From the NCBI GenBank assembly GCA_963708185.1, contig OY970195.1, positions 736,001 through 800,000 of the forward strand: a DNA stretch of 64,000 bases. Direction: 5' to 3'. The stretch comes from Candidatus Peregrinibacteria bacterium (GTDB lineage Bacteria; Patescibacteriota; Gracilibacteria; UBA1369). How positions within the stretch are numbered: the stretch's first letter is position 1; each line of letters starts with the position of its first letter. The notes beneath the pieces were generated by a model. It had not been told where the DNA came from and did not search any database. It saw nothing but the letters and a program-made list of their open reading frames with translations. A program made the position numbers and the translations under genes. Positions 39,055-47,323 of this stretch are shown here, one piece after another.

Positions 39055-39571
39055 GGTTTTTGAGAACCTTACGGAGTTGTTTGAGACTTCTGTGGATTTT
39101 GACGCGGATGGCGTTTTCGGATTCACCGAGCGATTCGGCTATTTCTTTGGGAGAAAGTTCATCAACGTATCTCATCACGATGACCGCCTGGTATTGGGGA
39201 GGGATTTTCCCAAGCTGGTCCAATATCGCCTGGGCGTCAATTTTCTCTTTCAACTGCTGGGTATTTTCCGTACCGGGCATGAACCCTTCTTCCTGCAATT
39301 TTTCAAGCGAGACAACGGAATATTTCTTATTCTTTTTGATTTCGTCGATCATCAGGTTGTGCGCCACTTTGTAGAGGAAGGCCTGAATATTTTCGACCAC
39401 CTTGCCGTCTTTAACGTAAAGAAAGGTCTTGGTGAATGTTTCCTGCATCAGATCCAGCGCCTTTTCACGATCATGCATCCGGAAATAGAGATGGCGAAAA
39501 ATTTTATCCGAATACTTGTCGTATGTTTTGATAAAGTCGAGGATGATGCTTTGCTTGGGCTGGTTCGTCAT
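39047..39571 (-). CDS. ECF RNA polymerase sigma factor
   Basis: DLMQETF, FLYKVAHN (region 2); LSPKEIAESLGESENAIRVKIHR (region 4). Confidence 0.93.
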   Translation of the reverse strand: MTNQPKQSIILDFIKTYDKYSDKIFRHLYFRMHDREKALDLMQETFTKTFLYVKDGKVVENIQAFLYKVAHNLMIDEIKKNKKYSVVSLEKLQEEGFMPGTENTQQLKEKIDAQAILDQLGKIPPQYQAVIVMRYVDELSPKEIAESLGESENAIRVKIHRSLKQLRKVLKNHD

Positions 39572-39601
39572 ATAAGACGCTGCAAAAAATAGAATGTTAC
39601 A
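39572..39601 (-). promoter_or_regulatory. Candidate autoregulatory ECF promoter, apparently leaderless
   Basis: TGTAAC-N16-CGTC-TTAT-ATG on minus strand. Confidence 0.65.
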
Positions 39602-39682
39602 CTATGAAAACTGTACTGTTGCTCAGTATACTATAATAGCGAATATTCATTGAACGTTACAAAACATCCGGCGAGTTCCGAA

Positions 39683-40555
39683 TTACAGCTTCTGGACGAG
39701 CGTCCAGGAGTCGTTGGCGACGGTTGCAACGGTTCCAAGAAGAGAAAGTCCACTATTGTTGCACAACAGTTCATAATACTCGTTCGCGGCGGTCGTTTGG
39801 AGTACGACGGTACCGGAATTTGTTGCACGGCTCGTAAATGCCGTTGTATCCACCGAGTAGGTGTCTGAAGGGATGACCGTTGTTGTCCCATCGAGGCGGA
39901 TAATACAGTGGATGTTCGAAACGTTGATCGTTGAATTCGAGTGAGTGACGCTGTAGGAAACACGGTACCATCCGGCTTTGTCGAGGGTTATACGGCTGTT
40001 GTTTGTGACCGTACTATGGGTAATTCCGGTATCCTTACGGCTTTCCGTATTGAAAGGAATTGGAACAAGCGAGCCACCGCCGAGATTTGTTCCTCCGGCG
40101 CCGTCAATGAATTGCCCTACGACAAGCGGGGCAATGGCGACCCAGTTTGTGTCGTCACAGTAATAAAAATTTTTCGCTGTGGAGTCGAAGTAGAAGCGTC
40201 CAGCTGCTCCGGAATTACACGTCGGCGCCGATGATAAATTTTCTGCGCGCGCATTGTTGATCTCGTTTCCGTTGAGGAAAAGGTTCCCGCTGACGTCGAC
40301 CGAACCGTTGACGGCCAAAGGATCCGAAATTTCAAATCTGGCGTTGGCCTGACTCCACTGGATGATTTTATTGAGCGTTTTTCCGAAGACGATCTGGATG
40401 TCTCCGGTATTGGTGTTGTCGTTGTCGATCACCACGGAATCGGAATCAATCGTTGCAAAATCGTCATTCTGGAAAAGAATATGCGCTTGGCATATTCTGA
40501 CCATGGAAATCAGGAACAACATAGTAAATACTATTTGGGAAGCCAGTATTTTCAT
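39683..40555 (-). CDS. Secreted fibre-like protein with C1q/BclA-like C-terminal domain
   Basis: Signal peptide; APTC..GRFYFD..FYYCD knot motif; IPFN...ITLDKAGWYRVSY beta-sandwich pattern. Confidence 0.6.
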   Translation of the reverse strand: MKILASQIVFTMLFLISMVRICQAHILFQNDDFATIDSDSVVIDNDNTNTGDIQIVFGKTLNKIIQWSQANARFEISDPLAVNGSVDVSGNLFLNGNEINNARAENLSSAPTCNSGAAGRFYFDSTAKNFYYCDDTNWVAIAPLVVGQFIDGAGGTNLGGGSLVPIPFNTESRKDTGITHSTVTNNSRITLDKAGWYRVSYSVTHSNSTINVSNIHCIIRLDGTTTVIPSDTYSVDTTAFTSRATNSGTVVLQTTAANEYYELLCNNSGLSLLGTVATVANDSWTLVQKL

Positions 40556-40709
40556 TGGTTTTCTGAGGAATGTTTTATATATTTATATATTACCCTATAT
40601 TAGCTATATTGACAATATTATGTCTTTATTTCATTCTTTTATCATTTTTGTTTTTTACTAAAAAGCCCTTTTGTAAGCCAAAAGGACATCCTGCAACATA
40701 TCTCAGCCC

Positions 40710-41048
40710 TCATGGAAGCATCTTTTTGAGTTCTCCGCTTTGGTACAGCTCTTCCAGGATATCCGCCCCGCCAATGAAGTTTCCCTGAATAAACACCTGG
40801 GGAAGGGTCGGCCAATCGGTGAAGTCCTTGATGGCCTCGCGCATTTGATAGTCCTCCAGAACGTTAAAACCCTGGAACGGGACCTTCAGTCCCTTGAAAA
40901 TATCAGCCACAAGGGCGCTGAAGCGGCACATCGGTTGGTCAGGCGTCCCCTTCATGAAGACAAAAATCGGGTGGGTTTTGATAAGTTCCTCGATCTTCTT
41001 GTGATGGTCGCTTATCACGGTGATTTTGACGTCGGAATCCTGATCCAT
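40710..41048 (-). CDS. grxD: Monothiol glutaredoxin, Grx4 family
   Basis: FMKGTP, CRFS (CGFS variant), WPTLPQ, GGAD. Confidence 0.9.
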   Translation of the reverse strand: MDQDSDVKITVISDHHKKIEELIKTHPIFVFMKGTPDQPMCRFSALVADIFKGLKVPFQGFNVLEDYQMREAIKDFTDWPTLPQVFIQGNFIGGADILEELYQSGELKKMLP

Positions 41049-41071
41049 TGATTGGTCGTTAGAAAGTAGCT

Positions 41072-41317
41072 TTAAGCGGAGAGTGTTTTGATATTGATCG
41101 AATGCAGTTCTCCTGATTTCAGCAAATCCCCGAAGGAGGCATAAACCATCTTGTGCTGTTCAATAAGCGGTTTATCCTGAAACACGCCCGAGGTTACGGT
41201 CACCCTCAGATGCATGCCGTCGTCACTATCGGTGATTTCGTATTCGCCGTCAGGGAAAGATTTCTTGAGACAATCCTCCATCTGGTCGACGAGCTGCTGA
41301 TTGATAGCTTGGCACAT
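41072..41317 (-). CDS. BolA/IbaG family protein
   Basis: DDGMHL, F..K.LIEQHKMVY, LHSI; adjacent to Grx4. Confidence 0.88.
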   Translation of the reverse strand: MCQAINQQLVDQMEDCLKKSFPDGEYEITDSDDGMHLRVTVTSGVFQDKPLIEQHKMVYASFGDLLKSGELHSINIKTLSA

Positions 41318-41382
41318 AGGTTCTTGTTAGGTCCAGGTGTGTATTGTAGCCGCAAATCCACATCGGGACAAGATTGAACGTT

Positions 41383-43080
41383 TCACCACAACGAGAGTTG
41401 TTTCTTTTTCCAGGTTGTTTTCGCGCTCATGGCGTGAGGTCTATTTTCGACGATATGGGCGGATATTTCGCTGATGAAGGTCGAAGGTCGGGAAGGTTTT
41501 TCGTGCCTGGTTTTCGCGCCGCTCAGGAACAGCCGTTCTTTGGCCCTGGTAAGCCCCACGTACATGAGACGCCGTTCTTCTTCCACATCGGGTTCTGATT
41601 TCTTAGGGATATAGGGCAGCGTGCCTTCCTCAAGTCCGGCAATGAACACCACCGGAAACTCCAGCCCTTTGGCCGCGTGAATGGACATGAGGGTGACGGC
41701 TTCCATGCGGGCATCGTAGGCATCATTCTCCTGCAAAAGCTTGAGTTCGTTCAGGAACAACATGATGCCATTAATGCCGGATGTTTCGTCGAACTGGGCG
41801 GCAAAGTTGATGAGGGTCAGGATGTTTTTCCAGATTTTTTCGCCTTTGTTCGTTCGGTCGTTCCATTCTGGTTCTAGATTCAACGCCTTGAGCATATTTT
41901 TGAGATTCACGGAGGGGCTTTGCTTTTCGAACGCCGCGTGGAGTTCCTGATATTTTTTTTGAAAGCCCAGATATTCGCTTGGAAGATTTTTGAAATCCAA
42001 GGCCAGGGCCAGGTGCTTCATCACGGTTTCGACTTCCTTTTCCTGGAACCATAAGGTCCCCGCGGGGCGTTGATAGGGCAGGCCCTCTTTTTTAAGCGCG
42101 GTTTCAATAAGTTTTCCCTGGATGTTGGTGCGATAGATGACGGCGATGTCAGTGAAATGGTAGTGGGTCTCGTACTCTCTGCCTGTCTTTTGATCCATGG
42201 ACGTGGTGTCCGTTCCGCCGAGAAGTTTAGCGATCTCCTTGGCGATAAAAATGGCTTCGCTCAGTGGAGTCTGGCACTGTGTCAGCGTGATGCGCGGACC
42301 GGATTCTTTGACGCTGCGAAGGTTTTTATGCACGCGTCGGGTGTTGTGAACGATAAGATCTCCGGCACAATTCACAATGTCCGGCGTGGAGCGGTAGTTT
42401 TGTTCGAGGTGAAAAACTTTCGTCCCGGAAAAATCTTTCTCGAAACGGAGGAAGTGCTCAAGATCCGCCCCCCGAAAACTGTAGATGGCCTGATCCGGGT
42501 CGCCGATGGCGCAGAGTTTTGTTTGCGGTCCTGTAAGTTCTTTGATGAGCATGTATTGGGTTTCGTTTACGTCCTGGTACTCGTCGACAAAGAGATAATG
42601 GATTCTTTGGTGAAGTTCTTTTTTCAGGCTGTCGTCTTCACTGATCAGTTGAAGAGTTTTCGTGAGAATGCCGTCGAAATCGAGAGCCCCGAGGTCTTTG
42701 AGTTTTTGGTCGTACAGCGTTTTGTCTTCGCCAACGGAGTTGAAGATTTCCTGCTGTTCCTTTTGTGAAAGAAGGCGCAAATTATTAATTTTCGAACGCA
42801 GAATGCGCAATGCAAAAGAATGAAATGTCCCCGCGAAAGGGAGTTTCGTGTGCGGGGGGAGTAATTGCTGAAGTCTTTGCGTAAGCTGCTCGCCCGCCTT
42901 GCGCGTAAAGGTCATGGCGACGATATTGTTGGGATCAACGTGTTTCTCCGTGATGAGCTGAAAGATTTTTTGCGTTATCGTATGCGTTTTCCCGGTTCCC
43001 GGACCGGCGACGATGAGCAGGTGCCCGGCGTCGTATTCAACGGCCAGTTGCTGTTCGGGGTTAAGTTGAGATTGTTCCAT
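41383..43080 (-). CDS. UvrD/REP-family SF1 helicase (compact)
   Basis: AGPGTGKT, TFTRKA, VDEYQD, GDPDQAIYSFRGA, NYRS, HAAKGLEF, EERRLMYVGLTRA. Confidence 0.93.
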   Translation of the reverse strand: MEQSQLNPEQQLAVEYDAGHLLIVAGPGTGKTHTITQKIFQLITEKHVDPNNIVAMTFTRKAGEQLTQRLQQLLPPHTKLPFAGTFHSFALRILRSKINNLRLLSQKEQQEIFNSVGEDKTLYDQKLKDLGALDFDGILTKTLQLISEDDSLKKELHQRIHYLFVDEYQDVNETQYMLIKELTGPQTKLCAIGDPDQAIYSFRGADLEHFLRFEKDFSGTKVFHLEQNYRSTPDIVNCAGDLIVHNTRRVHKNLRSVKESGPRITLTQCQTPLSEAIFIAKEIAKLLGGTDTTSMDQKTGREYETHYHFTDIAVIYRTNIQGKLIETALKKEGLPYQRPAGTLWFQEKEVETVMKHLALALDFKNLPSEYLGFQKKYQELHAAFEKQSPSVNLKNMLKALNLEPEWNDRTNKGEKIWKNILTLINFAAQFDETSGINGIMLFLNELKLLQENDAYDARMEAVTLMSIHAAKGLEFPVVFIAGLEEGTLPYIPKKSEPDVEEERRLMYVGLTRAKERLFLSGAKTRHEKPSRPSTFISEISAHIVENRPHAMSAKTTWKKKQLSLW

Positions 43081-43089
43081 TTTTGGGAA

Positions 43090-44427
43090 TTAGAAGAGCG
43101 CCATCTGGTCCCGGAGCTGTTGACGATGATCGTTTTCGAACACTTTGATGATGCCGAATTTTCCATCGTAGCCGGGTTCAATGTGGATTTTCCCGGTTCG
43201 GACTCTCTTGATAGCTTCGGCGATGACGGGGCTGGAAGCGGCCTGGATTTTTTCGAGCGGAGCATCGAGCAAAATGTAAAATTCGTTGCCGAGTTTCCCA
43301 ATCAGTTCCATGTACTGGAGATTCACTTTCTTTGATGCCGGTCCGACTTCCAGGACATCCGCCAGGATTTCGGGAAGCGGTACGAGGTAGCGGAACGGGA
43401 TGTGCTTGGCATGGGCAAAAGGGCGGCCTTCATGCACCGTGGGGTTTTCGGTTTTTTCCTCAACGGAATCCGGGGCGCGGTCGGCAAGCGTATCAACCCT
43501 GTTCATGACGCCGATGACGAGTTTCTTGCCGCATTCTGGACAGATGCCCTCGAGTTTTTTGGTTTCCTCCGGAGTGAGAGAAACGTTGCAATCAGCGTGT
43601 CCGTCGAGATGATATTTCCCTTCTTCGGGATAGAACTCGATGGTTTCAAGGAAACGCTTGGGATCGCCTTTTTTGAGCGCATCGAGGATTTCAAAATAGG
43701 AAAGTTCACAACGGAAACGGTTGGCCTCGCGACCGAGTTTTCTTGGAGAATGGGCATCGGAATTGGAAACGAGCGTCACGTTATCCAGCTGGGAAAGACG
43801 CCAGTTCATGGCCGGATCCGAGGACAGGCCGGTTTCGATCGCGGTGATGTGGGGCGTCAGCTCCTCGAAGCATTCTTCAAGGGTGTTGAATCCGGAACTT
43901 TGCCCGAGCACCCCGAAATGCGGCGTCCAAGCATGGGCTGGGATGATCATGCAGTCGGGCGAAGCGTCGAGCGCTATTTTAACAAGTTCCTTGGCATCGA
44001 GCCCGAGGATGGGCCGGCCGTCGGCATGGAGGTTCCCGACCTTACCGAGCGCTTCGTTGATTTTCGCCGCTGCCGGAAATGAAGGTGCCGCCAGGATCAT
44101 GTGGACTTTTCTGACTTTGCCGTTCTTGGAGTAGATGCAGCTGATTTCGACCGTCAGCAAAAACCGCATCCTGGTGCGGCAGGATGGAGGAATTTCCACA
44201 GTGATTTCTTCCGCGAGGTCTTTTTTGAGAGTGAACAGTCCCGGCTCGGCGTCCTCAAGCTTTTCGCGGATTTCGTTGAACCAGGCAGGATGGGTAAAGT
44301 CTCCCGTTCCTATCACCTGGATGCCTTTGATCTGTCCCCATTTGTAGAGACTCACCATGTTCATTTCCTTACTGGTGGCACGGGAATAGTGGGAATGGAT
44401 GTGAAAATCGGCGATGAAATCCATCAT
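43090..44427 (-). CDS. Endonuclease Q family (PHP domain) protein
   Basis: DFHIHSHYSRATS, GTGDFTHP, PAHAWTP, ETGLSSD, NSDAHS, GKYH, CPECG, PGYDGKFG. Confidence 0.9.
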   Translation of the reverse strand: MMDFIADFHIHSHYSRATSKEMNMVSLYKWGQIKGIQVIGTGDFTHPAWFNEIREKLEDAEPGLFTLKKDLAEEITVEIPPSCRTRMRFLLTVEISCIYSKNGKVRKVHMILAAPSFPAAAKINEALGKVGNLHADGRPILGLDAKELVKIALDASPDCMIIPAHAWTPHFGVLGQSSGFNTLEECFEELTPHITAIETGLSSDPAMNWRLSQLDNVTLVSNSDAHSPRKLGREANRFRCELSYFEILDALKKGDPKRFLETIEFYPEEGKYHLDGHADCNVSLTPEETKKLEGICPECGKKLVIGVMNRVDTLADRAPDSVEEKTENPTVHEGRPFAHAKHIPFRYLVPLPEILADVLEVGPASKKVNLQYMELIGKLGNEFYILLDAPLEKIQAASSPVIAEAIKRVRTGKIHIEPGYDGKFGIIKVFENDHRQQLRDQMALF

Positions 44428-44477
44428 GAAAAAAGCGGTGAAACGAACATCACCATCCTAACGGCGGACGCACCAAT

Positions 44478-45305
44478 TTACAAATTATTGTAATAGTAGG
44501 TGACGTTCTTGAGCCAGGTATCGGGGTGGTCGTTGCCGCTGTAGATCTGGGCAAGGCGGTAGGTCGGAAAAATTTTGTAGCTTTTGGCCCAGAGCTGCTT
44601 GAAGTAGTCGTGGCTGGCCTGAATACTGTTGAAGTGAAGGAACTGCCCGTTCTTCTTGAATCCATGGCAGTTGTTGTACAGCGCGGAACCGACTTTGTCC
44701 TGGCAGTTGTGGGTTTCGGTCATGGCCACGGCCATGCTCAATTTATCGAGATCCAGACTGACGGTTTTGGTGGTCTTTTTGGCGGGAGTCGCCGGTTTGG
44801 CCGGAGTTTTGGCGGGTACAGCCGGAGGGGTTGTCGCTGGTTTCGGTGCGGGCTGGGCCGGGGCAGAGGAAGGCGCAGGGGCGTGCGTTTGAGGATTGAC
44901 CTGGTGTTGATCTGTTGTCGGTTGATTTGAAATTTGAGCCTGCGTCTGTTGGATCGGTGTTGCTCCCTGGACACTTGGCGATCCAGCAAGACTTGGCTCA
45001 TTTTGCTGATCTGTTTCGCTATCTGATGGAAGCACACCTGCTTCAAAAGCGCTGTCATCCACCTGGAAGCATTGTGGGACATCGGCGGGTTGCGCGGAGT
45101 TTTGCTGTTGGGTCGGAACCTTCACGTCCGAAGGAACGATTCCCGCTTCAAACACTTCCTGTTTTGCTGAACACTGCTGGTAAACCATCCCGTGGACGAT
45201 GGCGGCTCCGGTGGAAAGACCGATGACAACGATCAGGATATTGGCCAGAACTCTGATCACGCTGGACTTCAGGCTTTTTTTCTCGGTTAATTGGCTTGTT
45301 TCCAT
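44478..45305 (-). CDS. Membrane-anchored protein with Pro/Gln stalk and lysozyme/glucosaminidase-like C-terminal domain
   Basis: N-terminal TM, low-complexity linker, AVAMTET...NNCHG...F.S pattern. Confidence 0.6.
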   Translation of the reverse strand: METSQLTEKKSLKSSVIRVLANILIVVIGLSTGAAIVHGMVYQQCSAKQEVFEAGIVPSDVKVPTQQQNSAQPADVPQCFQVDDSAFEAGVLPSDSETDQQNEPSLAGSPSVQGATPIQQTQAQISNQPTTDQHQVNPQTHAPAPSSAPAQPAPKPATTPPAVPAKTPAKPATPAKKTTKTVSLDLDKLSMAVAMTETHNCQDKVGSALYNNCHGFKKNGQFLHFNSIQASHDYFKQLWAKSYKIFPTYRLAQIYSGNDHPDTWLKNVTYYYNNL

Positions 45306-45348
45306 CGTTCTTACGGTTAAAAAGACTTCAGATTCTTGAAAGGCGCCT

Positions 45349-45376
45349 ATTATAAGGCATTACGTCCATTTGTCAA
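45349..45376 (-). promoter_or_regulatory. Consensus sigma70 promoter
   Basis: TTGACA-N16-TATAAT on minus strand upstream of 45305. Confidence 0.7.
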
Positions 45377-45472
45377 TGCTTTCTCGAGCTTTTTTGGCTA
45401 GTAGAAAAAGAAATTTTGTATTTTTCGTGGTTTGAGTTATGATCATTTCCTTGTATTTTTATTCCATTTGTT

Positions 45473-47323
45473 ATGCCTCAACTTCCCGACATCTCTTCTT
45501 CCGATTATGACCGTTATAAAGAACTCGTTCCCGAATTCGACCAGCCAATGAGCAAACGGGCCGCAGAGGCTTTGAACAGACTTGCGTACGGAGCGGCCGG
45601 AGAAGCGCTCCCCGAAAATGAAGTCGAACGGAACATCGCCATGTTCCAGGAGGAAATCAGAGTGAAAATCGCCCAGCTGGAGCCGAATCTTATCTGGCGG
45701 GGAAAACTGCATCCCGTCCGGGAAGGGAGAAATGAGATTTATATGGGAAGCAGCGATGCCGAATTCAAGAAAGCGCCGCGGACTGATCTGAAAACTTTTG
45801 AAGAGATTCTCGCCGATCCCACGGAACGAATGGGTTTGGATTCCGGCAACCGATTTGCAACAGCACACTGCATTGTTGTCAGCCCGAAGAGGATCAAGGA
45901 TTCACTGCTGGAAAATCTGGGGCTCACGGAGTTCCTTCCTCCGAAAAGGACAAAAAAAGATGAGAAACAGGCGTATCGCGCCCAAGCCATCCCGGCGATC
46001 AAGGAGATGCTTGAGCACCTGGATACTTTCGCGCTTTCCCATGAACAGGACCGTTCCAGCCTCCGTTACTTCCGCCTCTTCCGCATCAATGCCGGGAAAA
46101 ATCTGGGGAAAGTTCTCGGGACCCAGGTCATCGGCAAACAAAAGACGCTTTTCCTCACCGACCTCCATGGCGCGCACAGGAGGATCGACCATATTTACGA
46201 CGGGTATGATCAGGAGATCGCCGTACTCCAACAAATCCAGGACGGCGTGCGAGACGTGGACGTGAAGTTGAGCCGGGAGTGGAAACAGACGAAAGACGAA
46301 GGAAAAGTCGAAGAGGTGAAACAGCAGCTTCTGGCGCTGGTTGACCAGCTTCAGTTCGTAACGAACGAACACAAACAAAAGATGCGAGATCAGATCCGCG
46401 GGGCCGTGAATCTTGAATCAGTGTACACGCTTCCTGAAAAACGAAAGATGATCAAAGGCGTCAGTACCGTCGTCCGTCCGGCGAAAACGGTGGTTGCCCT
46501 GAACCCCGGTGCTGCACGCGCCAGGATCAACACTTCACCGCTGCATGTCGGCAGGCGCATCGCCGAAATCGCGGCCATCAAGAGCTACCTTGCCAAGGAC
46601 CAGACCCGCATCAAGACTTTTATCGAAGCGCAAAGCCAGCCTTTCGATGAATTCCACAAGACGGTGGAGGAGATGCATGCAAAACTGAATATTTTACAGC
46701 AGGACCGGCCGATGACGCCGGCCGAACGTCTGCGGGCCATCAACAATCTGGAAAGGTTCCGCAACAAGTGTTCTTTTTCGACGTCGCCGATCATGTTCTT
46801 CGAACCGTACCAGACGTTCGCCCAGGTGATGGTCGAATACATCGACAGAACGGTTGAGGCTTTGCGGAAAGACGAGACACCGGAAAATCGCAAAGAAGCG
46901 GCAGAAGAGTTTACCAAAGTTTATCTTGTGACGAAGATCCAGCGTTTTCACTCGCAGATGCAGGCTCTTTATGATGAGTTCCTAAGCGGAGGCAAGGTCC
47001 CCGACTTTGACAAGTTCCTCGAAAAACTCGGAGCGATTGATCTTGTTCTGTACAGGAAAGACATTGCCCCACAGGTCAAAACTGCTGAATTTGATCCCGT
47101 CTTCGGAGAACTCTACCATCTTATCAACAGTGTGCGTTCTCGCGCTAAAAAAGCGAAAGAAATTGTGAATACCGCTCCGGAAAGCGAAGAGATCAAAATC
47201 CTGACGAACTTCATCTACGAACGCATCAGGAGTTTTGATTTCGCAACATTGATGGGCAAGATCTCAGTGCAGGATGGGGCCGTTCTGGACAACCTCGAAG
47301 GCACTTCCGGGGACAGCCTTTAA
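45473..47323 (+). CDS. Large helical hypothetical protein
   Basis: 616-aa uninterrupted, charged, no TM; no recognised motif. Confidence 0.7.
   Translation: MPQLPDISSSDYDRYKELVPEFDQPMSKRAAEALNRLAYGAAGEALPENEVERNIAMFQEEIRVKIAQLEPNLIWRGKLHPVREGRNEIYMGSSDAEFKKAPRTDLKTFEEILADPTERMGLDSGNRFATAHCIVVSPKRIKDSLLENLGLTEFLPPKRTKKDEKQAYRAQAIPAIKEMLEHLDTFALSHEQDRSSLRYFRLFRINAGKNLGKVLGTQVIGKQKTLFLTDLHGAHRRIDHIYDGYDQEIAVLQQIQDGVRDVDVKLSREWKQTKDEGKVEEVKQQLLALVDQLQFVTNEHKQKMRDQIRGAVNLESVYTLPEKRKMIKGVSTVVRPAKTVVALNPGAARARINTSPLHVGRRIAEIAAIKSYLAKDQTRIKTFIEAQSQPFDEFHKTVEEMHAKLNILQQDRPMTPAERLRAINNLERFRNKCSFSTSPIMFFEPYQTFAQVMVEYIDRTVEALRKDETPENRKEAAEEFTKVYLVTKIQRFHSQMQALYDEFLSGGKVPDFDKFLEKLGAIDLVLYRKDIAPQVKTAEFDPVFGELYHLINSVRSRAKKAKEIVNTAPESEEIKILTNFIYERIRSFDFATLMGKISVQDGAVLDNLEGTSGDSL

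Noticed and set aside
40576-40625. TATATT direct repeats as iterons or origin
   Set aside because: Irregular spacing in an AT-rich promoter region; no DnaA-box cluster or rep gene
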